Shown here: piece by piece, positions 23,913 through 33,231 of the stretch | How positions within the stretch are numbered: position 1 is the first letter of the stretch | Layout: the number at the start of each line of letters is the position of its first letter | Source of the DNA: a virus | Lineage: Duplodnaviria; Caudoviricetes | Strand: one strand, 5' to 3' | DNA: 41,316 bases | IMG/VR virus record: IMGVR_UViG_3300024986_000171 | Location: 1 to 41,316 of that record | Notes under the pieces: model-generated | Seen by the model: only the letters and a program-made list of their open reading frames with translations | The model's database searches: none | What the model was told of the DNA's origin: nothing | Position numbers and translations under genes: made by a program

Positions 23913-24290
23913 ATGAGATCGCTCATTCTCGCCGCGACGCTCATCGCGCCGCTCGTGCTGGCGTCATGCGCGCAGGCGCCGGTCCAACTTGCATCCACGC
24001 CGCAGCGCGATACCGGTGTCATCGCGGCGGCCACGCTGGCGCCGCTCGGCTCGTTCGAATGGCAGCTCGCGCCCGACTACACCCGGCTCGCCGTCACGCG
24101 GCGCATGGCGGCGCGCTTGCTCGCACAGGGCCGAATCAGCATCGAGGTCGCCGAGCAGGTGCAGGTCGAGGCTGATGCAGCTCGCAGGCTGCTCGATGCT
24201 GCGGTCGCCGCCGGCAGCGGTGCCGCGAATGTCGCCCAGGCGCGCGAGCACATCGCCCGCGCGCAGAGACTCGTGGAGGTCCTGCGATGA
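23913..24290 (+). CDS. Lipoprotein
   Basis: MRSLILAATLIAPLVLASC lipobox. Confidence 0.7.
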   Translation: MRSLILAATLIAPLVLASCAQAPVQLASTPQRDTGVIAAATLAPLGSFEWQLAPDYTRLAVTRRMAARLLAQGRISIEVAEQVQVEADAARRLLDAAVAAGSGAANVAQAREHIARAQRLVEVLR

Positions 24291-24469
24291 AAATCGAAGA
24301 CGCACGCGCGTTCGCGCAGGCGCTGCTGGCGGCTTGCGACGCCGCGCAAGCCGCTGGGCAGACCGAGGTCGCCCTCGATCCGTTCGTCGCAGACGACGAC
24401 GCCGCGCGCACCGAGCTCGATGACGCCATCGCGCAGGCCAAGGCGCGCACGCCGGGCGGCCAGCGGTAG
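24287..24469 (+). CDS. Small acidic hypothetical protein
   Basis: GGAGG RBS; ATGA overlap. Confidence 0.6.
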   Translation: MKIEDARAFAQALLAACDAAQAAGQTEVALDPFVADDDAARTELDDAIAQAKARTPGGQR

Positions 24470-24810
24470 TGCGCCTGGCTGATCTCCCGCGCACCGTCGT
24501 CATCGGCGGTAAGCGCCCGCGCGTGCGGCGCGTGCGCCTCGATCCGATGGGTAGCGCTACCGAGCTGCAGGCGAGGCTCGATGCGTGTCGCGAGGCGCTC
24601 GGAGCGGCGCAGGAGCTTTACCGCGAAACGCTGGGCGTGATCGTCCTGATGTGCAACCCGAAGGGCGTGGATGCGCGCCGCATGCTCGAGCGCACCTGCG
24701 AGATCGGACGTGAGTTTCTGACCGCGGCTGGCGCGCGCAGATGGGAGCGCCCGAGCACCTATCGACATCGACCGCTGCCCGCGCGTAGGCGCAAAGGAGC
24801 ATTGAAATGA
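24469..24810 (+). CDS. Hypothetical protein
   Basis: Overlapping start/stop with both neighbours. Confidence 0.5.
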   Translation: MRLADLPRTVVIGGKRPRVRRVRLDPMGSATELQARLDACREALGAAQELYRETLGVIVLMCNPKGVDARRMLERTCEIGREFLTAAGARRWERPSTYRHRPLPARRRKGALK

Positions 24811-25148
24811 CCCTGGGTGAATTTCTCCTGGCCATGATCGCGCGCTTCGATGCGCAGATCGCAGCCATCAACACGAGGATCGAGAGCATGAGCACGATGC
24901 AGCCTGGCATGACCGACGTGGAGGCGCAGGCGTTCGCCGCCCTGAGGGCATCGGTGGCGACACTCACCGAGCAGATGGCTGGCGTGCGCGAGGCGATCAG
25001 CACGATCGTCCAGACGCAGGCCGCGCACGCGGAGGCCATCAGCGGAGTGCATTCGCGGCTGGACGAGCAGGCGCAGGCGCTCGCCACCATGCAGCAGTCC
25101 TGGGGCACGCTCCCCGAGCTGCCGGCGCTGCCCGGCACGCAGGCATGA
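24807..25148 (+). CDS. Coiled-coil hypothetical protein
   Basis: AGGAG RBS; heptad-like pattern. Confidence 0.65.
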   Translation: MTLGEFLLAMIARFDAQIAAINTRIESMSTMQPGMTDVEAQAFAALRASVATLTEQMAGVREAISTIVQTQAAHAEAISGVHSRLDEQAQALATMQQSWGTLPELPALPGTQA

Positions 25149-25546
25149 GAGCGATCCTCGGCGCGCTGCTCGCAGCGGTGGCGCTGACGGTGCAGGCACA
25201 GGTGACACCCGCGCAGCTCACGGCGTACGTGACGCAGCTCGGTAACCTGGCGATCGCGCAGGACGCGCAGATCAGGGCCCTGCAGGCCAAGGTCGCGGAG
25301 CTCGAGACACGCGAGGCCAAGAACCGCGAGAACATCAGCCACATCATCGCGCACGCCGACGTGATGGTGCGCTATGCCGTGGGCCTGGAGTGCTGGTTCA
25401 ACAAGAACGTACCGTCGATCCTGACCGCGTTCTCCTGGGTCAAGCCTTTCGAGCTGGGAGCGATCGCGTGCCCGCCGGAGGATCAGCGCTACTACCTGCC
25501 GTACTACCTGAGCCCCGACGGGCCGATCCTGCCCCCGGCGCAGTAG
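25145..25546 (+). CDS. Secreted coiled-coil protein
   Basis: Signal peptide MRAILGALLAAVALTVQA; QIRALQAKVAELE. Confidence 0.65.
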   Translation: MRAILGALLAAVALTVQAQVTPAQLTAYVTQLGNLAIAQDAQIRALQAKVAELETREAKNRENISHIIAHADVMVRYAVGLECWFNKNVPSILTAFSWVKPFELGAIACPPEDQRYYLPYYLSPDGPILPPAQ

Positions 25547-25553
25547 CACCTCA

Positions 25554-28448
25554 ATGCCGACGATCACCACGACCGAGCTGGGCGCGTCCGGCCGCTACGT
25601 TGATTTCGGTGATCCGGCGTCGCTGCGGGATCTCACGAACCAGACGATTCTCGCGTATTGCAGGCCGACCGGCGCCGAGGGCAACCTCGGCTATCTCCTG
25701 AGCAAGCAGGTCGGCTCGATATCCTGGAAGCCCCGGCTCATCTGCGCCACATCGCCGCCGCGATGGGTGTTAGGAGCATCAAGTGGAGGCGGTCTTAACC
25801 CGGACGCCGAAGCGAGCGCAGATTCGGTCGTTCTCAACGGATGGGTGCATATCGCTGCGACATGGGACGGCAGCCTGCTCGCAAGCGGCATGCATTTTTT
25901 CATTGGACAAGCCGGCGCGGAGATCACCGAACACACCGGCCGCTATGCCACGTATGACGGGTCTGGATCGGTCGAGTCCAATGCGGGCGGGATTTGTACG
26001 CTGCTGAACCGCCACAGCCGCGGTCGCGCATTCGTCGGCGATGTGGCCTACATCGCGTACTGGAATCGCATCCTCTCGCTTGAGGAGCTTGTGACCGCGC
26101 AGGCGAACGGCCCGCTCTCTGTGCCCACCGGCCTCGTGCTGTGCTGGGCCAATCAGCAGGACTACGGCCCGAACAGCCTCACGCCCACGGGTCGCAGCAC
26201 GTTCGTGGGCGGCGCGCTGCCGCCGAATACGGCGCTGGGCGGTGGCGCCGCGGCGGCGCTGGCCGGCGACGCGGTGGTATCGGTGCAGGCCACCGGCGCG
26301 CTGCCGACGACGCATGCACTCGCAGGCGACGCGACCGTGGCCGTGCAAGCGGCGGCCGCCTTCGCTGAACAGACGACGGTGATCATCACCGACCTGGATG
26401 CCGGCAACGCCAACCCGGCCACGTCCACGGTCACCGACGCGGGCACGGCCACGCCGATCATCGAGGTGCAGCGGCGCACCGGCGCCGACGGCGATGGCGG
26501 TTGGCGGCACTTCCTCTTCGCGGTCGAGGGCGTCGAGGGCAAGCTGCCGGTGTTCCGCTGGGCCAAGGCCGGACACCGATTCGGCGGGAGCTTTACGAGC
26601 GCATGGGCGCCCGTGTACACCACCGACTGGATCACGTGGACGAAAGCACCGGCGCGCACGATCGGCGCAACCTGGATCGAGTGGAGCTTCTCGGGCCCGT
26701 TGCCGGCCGGCCGCGTCTATGTCGCCTCGCATCCGCTCGGGCAGCAGGCGCATGCAGCGACGTTCGCAGCGGATCTGCTGTCCACCTACCCGACGGTGGC
26801 CGCGCCAACTCCGTCGGCCGACACATCCGGCATCTACAACACGACGCCCGCCGAGACGGATGACCTCAGCCGCGCGGTGGGCGCCAACGCGCAGTACGCG
26901 CTGCAGCTCGCATGGGGCGGCCCGACCACCGATGGCAAGCCCAAGCGCAAGCTCGTCGTGCTCGCCGGCATGCACGCCGCTGGCGAGGCGCACTCGTGGA
27001 TCGGGTTCACGTCGGCGGTGCAGTGGATGCTGTCGGACTCCTCTGCCGAAGCCGCGGCGTTCCGCGCGAACTGGGATGTGTGGCTCTATTTCAACGTCAC
27101 GCCGAACGGCCTGCGCGGCGGCAATGCGCGCTGGAATTTCCGCTCGAGCCAAGACCCGAATCGAGACTGGAAACTGAGCGGCTCGAGCACGCTGGCCGAG
27201 ATCACCGCACTGCGATCTGCGATCGAGGCTGACACCGGCGGCGCCGTGAACGTGCTGTATTCGTTCCATGGCGCGGCCGACAAACCGTCACGGTTCAACG
27301 TCTATTTGACCGACACCGACAGCAACGTCGATACGCGCCGCCCGATTATGCAGTCGTTTCTCACATCAGGCGCTTCGATCTTCGGCGTGTCAGCCCATAT
27401 TGAGGGTCGCGTCAACAACACTGAGACGTGGTGGTCGGACGCGAAGCTCGGCACTGTGCTCTCGTTTCCCGTCGAATTTCAAGCGCTCGGCGAGTCGAGC
27501 CAGGCGGAGGCCGAGTTCGTTGGCCGCGCCTGGATGCAAACCCTGCAGGCGGTGGACGCCGCCGGATGGTTCGCCGGCGCCGCGCTCGCAGCCGCCCCCG
27601 TGGTCACCGTGCAGGCCGGTGGTGCGCTCACGACCGCGACTCAACTCGTCTCCGCTGCGATCATCGCGACGACGGCCACCGGCACACTGAGCACCGGTGT
27701 GCAACTCGCTGGTGCCGCAGCCTCGGCCGCGCTCGCCGCGGGCGCGCTCACGGTGCAGCTCCGCCTGCGCGCCGACGCACTGGCCGCGGCGATCGCTGCG
27801 GCCGGCCTCACGACCGCGCTGCGGCTCGCCGCATCCGCGCAGGCCGGGGCGCAGGCCTCCGGCGCTCTCACTACGGCCGGAGATGGTGCCGCACTCGCCG
27901 GCAATGCCGCGGCGGCAGCGCTCGCCACCGGATCGATCACGATCCAGATCCGCGTGGCCGGCGCCGCACTTGCCTCGGCGATCGCCCAGGGCGTGCTCGC
28001 CGGCAGCGCGGCGACGCTGCAGGCCGATGCGATCGCCGCCGCGCTGGCCACGAGCGACGTGGCAACGGCGGTGCGGCTCGCGGCTTCGGCGCTCGCCTCG
28101 AGCGCGTCCACGGGCGCCCTCACCGCGCCGGGCGCCGGCGGCGCCCTGCAGGCCGACGCGCAGGCGATCGTCATCGCCGAGGGTGGGCTCACCACCAGCA
28201 TCCGGGTTGCCGGCGCCGCGGCGGTGGTTTCGCAGGCCACCGGCACGCTGGATGTAGGGCTGACGCTGCGCGCCGGCGCCTTCGTTGCGGCTGCATCCGA
28301 CGGAATGCTGCTCGCGCAGATCCAACTTAATGCGGCAGCACTGGCCAGGGCGCTCGCCTCCGGCTATCTCGTCGGATCCATCCCGCCTACGGTGCCCGCC
28401 AGCCGTACGATTCCGGTAGCAGCCGAGTCTCGAATGGTGCCGGCATGA
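25554..28448 (+). CDS. LamG/ConA-like lectin + M14-like zinc carboxypeptidase + 20-aa Ala-rich repeat protein (964 aa)
   Basis: NGWVHIAATWDG...GDVAYIAYWNRILS (LamG); GMHAAGE, NVTPNG..GGNAR, QDPNRDW, SFHG, PVEF (M14-like); about 13 C-terminal repeats of about 20 aa. Confidence 0.75.
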   Translation: MPTITTTELGASGRYVDFGDPASLRDLTNQTILAYCRPTGAEGNLGYLLSKQVGSISWKPRLICATSPPRWVLGASSGGGLNPDAEASADSVVLNGWVHIAATWDGSLLASGMHFFIGQAGAEITEHTGRYATYDGSGSVESNAGGICTLLNRHSRGRAFVGDVAYIAYWNRILSLEELVTAQANGPLSVPTGLVLCWANQQDYGPNSLTPTGRSTFVGGALPPNTALGGGAAAALAGDAVVSVQATGALPTTHALAGDATVAVQAAAAFAEQTTVIITDLDAGNANPATSTVTDAGTATPIIEVQRRTGADGDGGWRHFLFAVEGVEGKLPVFRWAKAGHRFGGSFTSAWAPVYTTDWITWTKAPARTIGATWIEWSFSGPLPAGRVYVASHPLGQQAHAATFAADLLSTYPTVAAPTPSADTSGIYNTTPAETDDLSRAVGANAQYALQLAWGGPTTDGKPKRKLVVLAGMHAAGEAHSWIGFTSAVQWMLSDSSAEAAAFRANWDVWLYFNVTPNGLRGGNARWNFRSSQDPNRDWKLSGSSTLAEITALRSAIEADTGGAVNVLYSFHGAADKPSRFNVYLTDTDSNVDTRRPIMQSFLTSGASIFGVSAHIEGRVNNTETWWSDAKLGTVLSFPVEFQALGESSQAEAEFVGRAWMQTLQAVDAAGWFAGAALAAAPVVTVQAGGALTTATQLVSAAIIATTATGTLSTGVQLAGAAASAALAAGALTVQLRLRADALAAAIAAAGLTTALRLAASAQAGAQASGALTTAGDGAALAGNAAAAALATGSITIQIRVAGAALASAIAQGVLAGSAATLQADAIAAALATSDVATAVRLAASALASSASTGALTAPGAGGALQADAQAIVIAEGGLTTSIRVAGAAAVVSQATGTLDVGLTLRAGAFVAAASDGMLLAQIQLNAAALARALASGYLVGSIPPTVPASRTIPVAAESRMVPA

Positions 28449-28741
28449 GCGGATACACCATCAAGGGCGGGCTGCCCCATGTGCGTATGGCCGCCGGCGA
28501 GACTCTGGATTGGTCGCGTGACTGGACGACGCAACTCGAGCTCGAGGAGACGGTCACCTCGAGCATCTGGGAAGTGACCTCCGGACTGGTGGCCGGCATC
28601 GCCGCCCTCAGCGGGACAGTGGCCACTCAGTGGCTTACGACCGTAGACGAGGGTTCCTTCGCCGTCACGAACCAAATTACGACGAGTGTCGGCCGCGTGA
28701 TACGCCGCACGTTCATCGTCGACGTGGTTGCGCAGCGGTGA
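28445..28741 (+). CDS. Small Ig-like fibre adaptor-type phage protein
   Basis: ETLDWSRDW...TVTSSIW...VTNQITTSVGRVIRRTFIVDV beta pattern. Confidence 0.6.
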   Translation: MSGYTIKGGLPHVRMAAGETLDWSRDWTTQLELEETVTSSIWEVTSGLVAGIAALSGTVATQWLTTVDEGSFAVTNQITTSVGRVIRRTFIVDVVAQR

Positions 28742-28747
28742 AGCGCA

Positions 28748-28795
28748 AATAGTCTCAGCGGTCCCCTAAACGTGCGACTCGCGTCCGGGCAGAGT
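28748..28795 (+). promoter_or_regulatory. Late promoter 2 (GTCTCA-N15-TGCGAC plus -10 CAGAGT)
   Basis: 29/31 identical to 21550-21580; same 56-bp distance to the downstream ATG. Confidence 0.75.
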
Positions 28796-28803
28796 GCAGG
28801 CTC

Positions 28804-30822
28804 ATGAGCACGCCAAAGTGGTATTCGATTCGCGCCTCGGCTCGCACACCGCGCGCCGCCGAGGTCTTCATCTACGGCGATATCGGCGAGAGCTGGTGGA
28901 GCGACTCCATCACCGCCGCAGATTTCGTGCGCGAGGTCTCGGCGCTCGACGTCGACGAACTCACCGTGCGCGTGAACAGCTACGGCGGCTCGGTCCCGGA
29001 CGGGATCGCAATCCACAACGCGCTCAAGCGGCACAAGGCCGCTGTGACGGTGGCAATCGACGGTGTCGCCGCCTCGATCGCATCGCTCATCGCGATGGCG
29101 GGCGACACAGTGGAGATGGCCGAGAACGCGCTGCTCATGATCCACGCGCCCTGGGGTGTCGCCGCCGGCGATGCAACGGTGTTGCGCGAGTACGCGGATT
29201 TACTCGACACCTGGGCACAGGCCATGGCTACGAGCTACGTAGCCAAGACCGGGCGACCGCTCGATGAAATGCTGGCGCTGCTCACGGATGGCGCCGATCA
29301 CTGGTATACGGCCGCCGAGGCGAGCGACGAGGGGTTCATCGACTCCGTCGTGGCTGCGATTCCGATTGCGGCCGCATTCGATCTTTCCCGCTTCCGGGGT
29401 ATTCCGGCGGCCGCCGCCAAGTTTTCCACGAAGGAGCGCCCGATGGGTGATCAGAACAAGCAGTCCGGCACGTCGAATTCGCCGGCCGTCGTGAACGAAG
29501 CCGAGGTCGAAGCGCGCGGCCGCGAGGCCGAGGCGCAGCGTCGCAAGGACATTGCGGACCTCGGCGCTGGCCGCCTCGGCCAGCGCGAGGGAGTCGCCGC
29601 TCTGCTGAAGACCTGCCAGGAGGATTTGGCTTGCACGGTGGACGTGGCGCGCCAGCGCCTGCTCGCGCATCTGGCCACGGATGCCGGGCCTCTGGGCGGG
29701 CACTACGTTGCCACGCTCGAGGACGAGCGCGAGAAGTTTCTCGCCGCCGCGAGCGCAGCGATCATGGCGCGCGCCGCTGCACGCGATTCCAAGGGCGCGA
29801 CGATCCGGGTGGACGAGAGCAATCCCTATCGCGGCCGGCGCGCCGTGGACCTCGCACGCATCTGTGCGCAGCGCGCCGGCGTGCGCGTCGACGGCCTGGA
29901 CGAGATGCGAGTGGTGGGCGCTGCGTTCACGCAGTCGGGCAGCGATTTCCCGATCCTGCTCGAAAACACGATGCGCAAGACGCTGCAGCAGGCCTATGCC
30001 GTACAGCCGGCTACTTGGACACGGTTCTGCAGGGTCGGCTCGGTTTCGGACTTTCGCGCGCATCCGCGCTATCGGCTCGGCAGCCTCTCGAATCTGGAGC
30101 AAGTCGCCGAGAATGCCGAATACAAGAACAAGCAGATCCCCGATGGCGCGAAGGCGTCGATCACCGCGATCACCAAGGGCAACATCATCTCGGTGAGCCG
30201 CCAGATGATCATCAACGATGACCTCGGTGCATTCATCGATCTGGCGGGCATGCTGGGCCGGGCCGCCAAGCGCACGGTGGAGGCTGACGTGTATGTGCTG
30301 CTCGTCCTCAATAGCGGCATGGGGCCGACGATGAGTGACGGCAAGGCGCTGTTCCACGTCGATCACGGCAACGTCGCCGCCGACGGCGACCTGAGCGTGG
30401 TGGTGGTCGACAGCATGCGCTCGAAGATGGCGTTGCAAAAGGACATCTCAGGCAACGACTACCTGGATCTGCATCCCGCAGTGATCGTGGTACCGACGGC
30501 CAGTGGCGGCACGGCGCGCGTCATCAACGATGCGCAGTACGACCCGGACACGGCAAACAAGCTGCAACGCCCGAACATGGTGCGCGGTCTCTTCCGCGAC
30601 ATCGTGGATACGCCGCGCTTGGCCGGCACGCGCGCCTACGCGTTTGCGGATCCGAACGAGGCGCCGGTGATCGAGGTCGCGTTCCTGAATGGCGAGCAGG
30701 AGCCGTTCCTCGAGTTGGAGGAGGGCTTTCGAATCGACGGGGCGCAGTGGAAGGTGCGGCTCGACTTCGGGGTGGCCGCGCTCGACTACCGCGGTGCCGT
30801 GACCGCCAAGGGCGCCGCGTAA
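28804..30822 (+). CDS. ClpP-like prohead protease / major capsid protein fusion
   Basis: IYGDIG...RVNSYGGSV.DG.AI...DGVAASIAS...LMIHAPW; capsid part SDFPILL...SVSDF...SRQMIINDDLGAF...KVRLDFG. Confidence 0.95.
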   Translation: MSTPKWYSIRASARTPRAAEVFIYGDIGESWWSDSITAADFVREVSALDVDELTVRVNSYGGSVPDGIAIHNALKRHKAAVTVAIDGVAASIASLIAMAGDTVEMAENALLMIHAPWGVAAGDATVLREYADLLDTWAQAMATSYVAKTGRPLDEMLALLTDGADHWYTAAEASDEGFIDSVVAAIPIAAAFDLSRFRGIPAAAAKFSTKERPMGDQNKQSGTSNSPAVVNEAEVEARGREAEAQRRKDIADLGAGRLGQREGVAALLKTCQEDLACTVDVARQRLLAHLATDAGPLGGHYVATLEDEREKFLAAASAAIMARAAARDSKGATIRVDESNPYRGRRAVDLARICAQRAGVRVDGLDEMRVVGAAFTQSGSDFPILLENTMRKTLQQAYAVQPATWTRFCRVGSVSDFRAHPRYRLGSLSNLEQVAENAEYKNKQIPDGAKASITAITKGNIISVSRQMIINDDLGAFIDLAGMLGRAAKRTVEADVYVLLVLNSGMGPTMSDGKALFHVDHGNVAADGDLSVVVVDSMRSKMALQKDISGNDYLDLHPAVIVVPTASGGTARVINDAQYDPDTANKLQRPNMVRGLFRDIVDTPRLAGTRAYAFADPNEAPVIEVAFLNGEQEPFLELEEGFRIDGAQWKVRLDFGVAALDYRGAVTAKGAA

Positions 30823-30850
30823 GCGCGACCACTGACCAGGAGATCTGAAG

Positions 30851-31186
30851 ATGGCGAAGAAGTTCATTCAGCCCGGAGAGGTCTGGGATCACACGCCGGG
30901 CGCCGACGTCGCCGTCGACGCGGTGGTCGTCATGGGCGAGGTGGTCGGCGTGGCGCTCGGCAACATCAAGGCGGGCGAAACCGGGTCGGTGCAGGTGAGC
31001 GGCGTCTGGGAGCTCCCCAAGCTCTCGAGTGACAACGTGACGCAGGGCGTGATCCTGTACTGGGATGCCGGCAATAATCGGCTGACCACCACCGCCGGCG
31101 GCCTGAAGGTCGCTGGCGCCGCCGTGGCCGCGGCTGCCGCCGGCGTGGCCACGGCTCGCGTGAAGCTGCGCGGCAATTGCGCGTGA
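30851..31186 (+). CDS. DUF2190-like capsid cement/decoration protein
   Basis: MAKKFIQPG...GVAL.NI.AGETG....GVWELPK...LYWD. Confidence 0.85.
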   Translation: MAKKFIQPGEVWDHTPGADVAVDAVVVMGEVVGVALGNIKAGETGSVQVSGVWELPKLSSDNVTQGVILYWDAGNNRLTTTAGGLKVAGAAVAAAAAGVATARVKLRGNCA

Positions 31187-31190
31187 ACCC

Positions 31191-31478
31191 GTGGGATTCG
31201 AGGATCTGGAGGTCGCCGCCACCGCTGCGGTGATCGATGCGCTGGCGAATGCCGAGGCGGTTTTCGGCGGCGGCGTGCGTGTGCGCGGAATCTTCGAGGA
31301 GCCAGGAGTGCGAATACTCGGGACGGTCAGTGCAACCGTCCCTACCTTTACGTTCCGCCGCCCGGCCGAGCTGGAGGTTGCGCGAGGAGACGAGGTCGCA
31401 ATCGGAACGCACGGCTACCAGGTGATCGCAGCCGAGGCCCACGATGCGGGCCTGATCACGCTCGGACTCTCCGCATGA
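31191..31478 (+). CDS. Head-tail joining protein (gpFII-like)
   Basis: VRGIFE...P......RGDEV.I....YQV.....DAGL; position after the capsid genes. Confidence 0.7.
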   Translation: MGFEDLEVAATAAVIDALANAEAVFGGGVRVRGIFEEPGVRILGTVSATVPTFTFRRPAELEVARGDEVAIGTHGYQVIAAEAHDAGLITLGLSA

Positions 31479-31924
31479 CCAGCAAGGCCGAGCGCATCGC
31501 GCAGGCAGTCCTCGGCGCGCTCGTCACGCCGACCATGGATGGCGTGCCGCCGACGCGCATCTACCGGGACATGGAGGGGGCGCTGGGTGCGGCCGAGCTG
31601 CCAGCGGTCGTAGTCGAGATGGGCGACGAGCCTCCGCCAGAGCCTGGCGGCACGCTGATCGGCCGCAAGATGCGCGAGCTCGAGGTGCGCGTGCAGACAT
31701 TGGCGAGCGCATGCGTCGGTGCCAGCCCGTACGCGGTTGCCGATCCTGTTGTCGTCGAGGCACACGACCGCTTGGCCGCCGATCCGACGCTCGGGGGACT
31801 TGCCTTCGGGTTCGCCGAGGGTGGCACCGGCCGCCGGCGCGAGGACGCCGAACGCAACATCGGGTCGGTCACCAAGATCTACCTGTTCCGGTATCACACG
31901 ACCGAGTCGAGCCTCGAGTCCTGA
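31475..31924 (+). CDS. Tail terminator (gpU-like)
   Basis: SKAERIAQAV...IYR...ELPAVVV..GDE...LAADPTLGGLA; precedes the tail tube gene. Confidence 0.7.
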   Translation: MTSKAERIAQAVLGALVTPTMDGVPPTRIYRDMEGALGAAELPAVVVEMGDEPPPEPGGTLIGRKMRELEVRVQTLASACVGASPYAVADPVVVEAHDRLAADPTLGGLAFGFAEGGTGRRREDAERNIGSVTKIYLFRYHTTESSLES

Positions 31925-31936
31925 GGAGGAATACAT

Positions 31937-32908
31937 ATGGCCTTCGAGCGCAAATTCCGAAATGTCGTGTTGCTCGCGAAGATCGAGACGGCAAAGGGTA
32001 CTGATGCTGTGCCGACGGGGGCAGCCAATGCCATCCTGCCGGTCGGCGAGGTAACGTTCACGCCGGTGGACGCCGAGCGTGTGCCGCGCAACGTGATGCG
32101 CGGCTACTTCGGCGCGCCCGATGCGCTGCTGGGCTCGGTATGGGCGCAAGTACGCTTCGCGGTCGAGCTGCAGGGTTCGGGCGTAGCAGGCACGGCCCCC
32201 GCCTGGGGGGCTCTCCTGCAGGCCTGCTCCTATGCCGAGACCGTCACTGCCGGCTCGCGGGTGGAGTACACGCCGGTCTCCACGAGCCCGAAGAGCGTCT
32301 CGCTCTACTTCTACGCCGACGGCGTGCTGTACAAAATGCTGGGGGCCGTAGGCACGTTCACCGGCGCGACGCTGGTCGACGCCATCCCGGCGCTCAACTT
32401 CACCTTCCTCGCTCCCGCCGTGGCGCCGACCGCGGTTGCCAACGCGACGCCGACCCTCACCGCCTGGAAGGTGCCGGCGCTCGTGAACGAGGTCAATACC
32501 GCGCAGCTCGTGCTGGGCGGCGCTTACGCCACCGGCGCCATCACTGGTGGCACCTCCTATGTAACGGGAGGGCTGGAGTTCGATGTCGGCAACCAGCTCT
32601 CCCGCATGAAGCTCATCGGCGCCAAGGACAGCACGATCACCGATCGCAACGTCACCGGAACCATCAAGACGATGGACCTCACCGCGGCGCAGGAGGTGGC
32701 GCTCTATACCCTCATCACAGGCGGCCAAGCGCAATCGATCGGTATCACGCACGGGCAGGTGGCAGGCGCCAAGATCCTGCTCTTCTTTCCCAGCGGGCGG
32801 CTCCTCGGGCTCACACCCGTGAATCTCGAGGGGGTATGGACGAGCGACGTCCCATTCGAGGCGCCGCCCCTGGCCGGCAATGACGACCTGCGCATCGTAG
32901 CGCTCTGA
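31937..32908 (+). CDS. Major tail tube protein
   Basis: LLAKIET..GTDAVPTGAANAI...VELQGSG.AGTAPAWGALLQAC; GAGGAGG RBS. Confidence 0.85.
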   Translation: MAFERKFRNVVLLAKIETAKGTDAVPTGAANAILPVGEVTFTPVDAERVPRNVMRGYFGAPDALLGSVWAQVRFAVELQGSGVAGTAPAWGALLQACSYAETVTAGSRVEYTPVSTSPKSVSLYFYADGVLYKMLGAVGTFTGATLVDAIPALNFTFLAPAVAPTAVANATPTLTAWKVPALVNEVNTAQLVLGGAYATGAITGGTSYVTGGLEFDVGNQLSRMKLIGAKDSTITDRNVTGTIKTMDLTAAQEVALYTLITGGQAQSIGITHGQVAGAKILLFFPSGRLLGLTPVNLEGVWTSDVPFEAPPLAGNDDLRIVAL

Positions 32909-32910
32909 CC

Positions 32911-33231
32911 ATGTTTCAACTGAAACCAAATCCGACATTCTGGGTGACCGTGGAGATCCACCGTCCAGGCGAGGGCGCGACGCCGCTGGAGATCGAGTTC
33001 CGGCATATGGGCACGAGTGCGGCGCTCGATCTCGCGCGGGAGATCAGTGCCGGCATGCCGCGCGATCGGCGCCTGGAGGTGCTCGAGATGATCGTGACTG
33101 GATGGCGTGGCGCAGACGCCGAATTCTCGACGCGGGCGCTCAGGCAGGCCGCCGAGGATTTCCCAGCGCTCGCCTCCGAGGTGATGGTCGCCTATCTGCA
33201 GGAGCTCCAAGGCGCGCGCCGAAAAAACTGA
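32911..33231 (+). CDS. Tail assembly chaperone (gpG-like)
   Basis: MFQLKPNPTF.VTVEI..PG; ends in slippery A AAA AAC TGA. Confidence 0.85.
   Translation: MFQLKPNPTFWVTVEIHRPGEGATPLEIEFRHMGTSAALDLAREISAGMPRDRRLEVLEMIVTGWRGADAEFSTRALRQAAEDFPALASEVMVAYLQELQGARRKN

Noticed and set aside
28804-29400. Host clpP gene
   Set aside because: Fused in frame to the major capsid domain; it is the prohead protease
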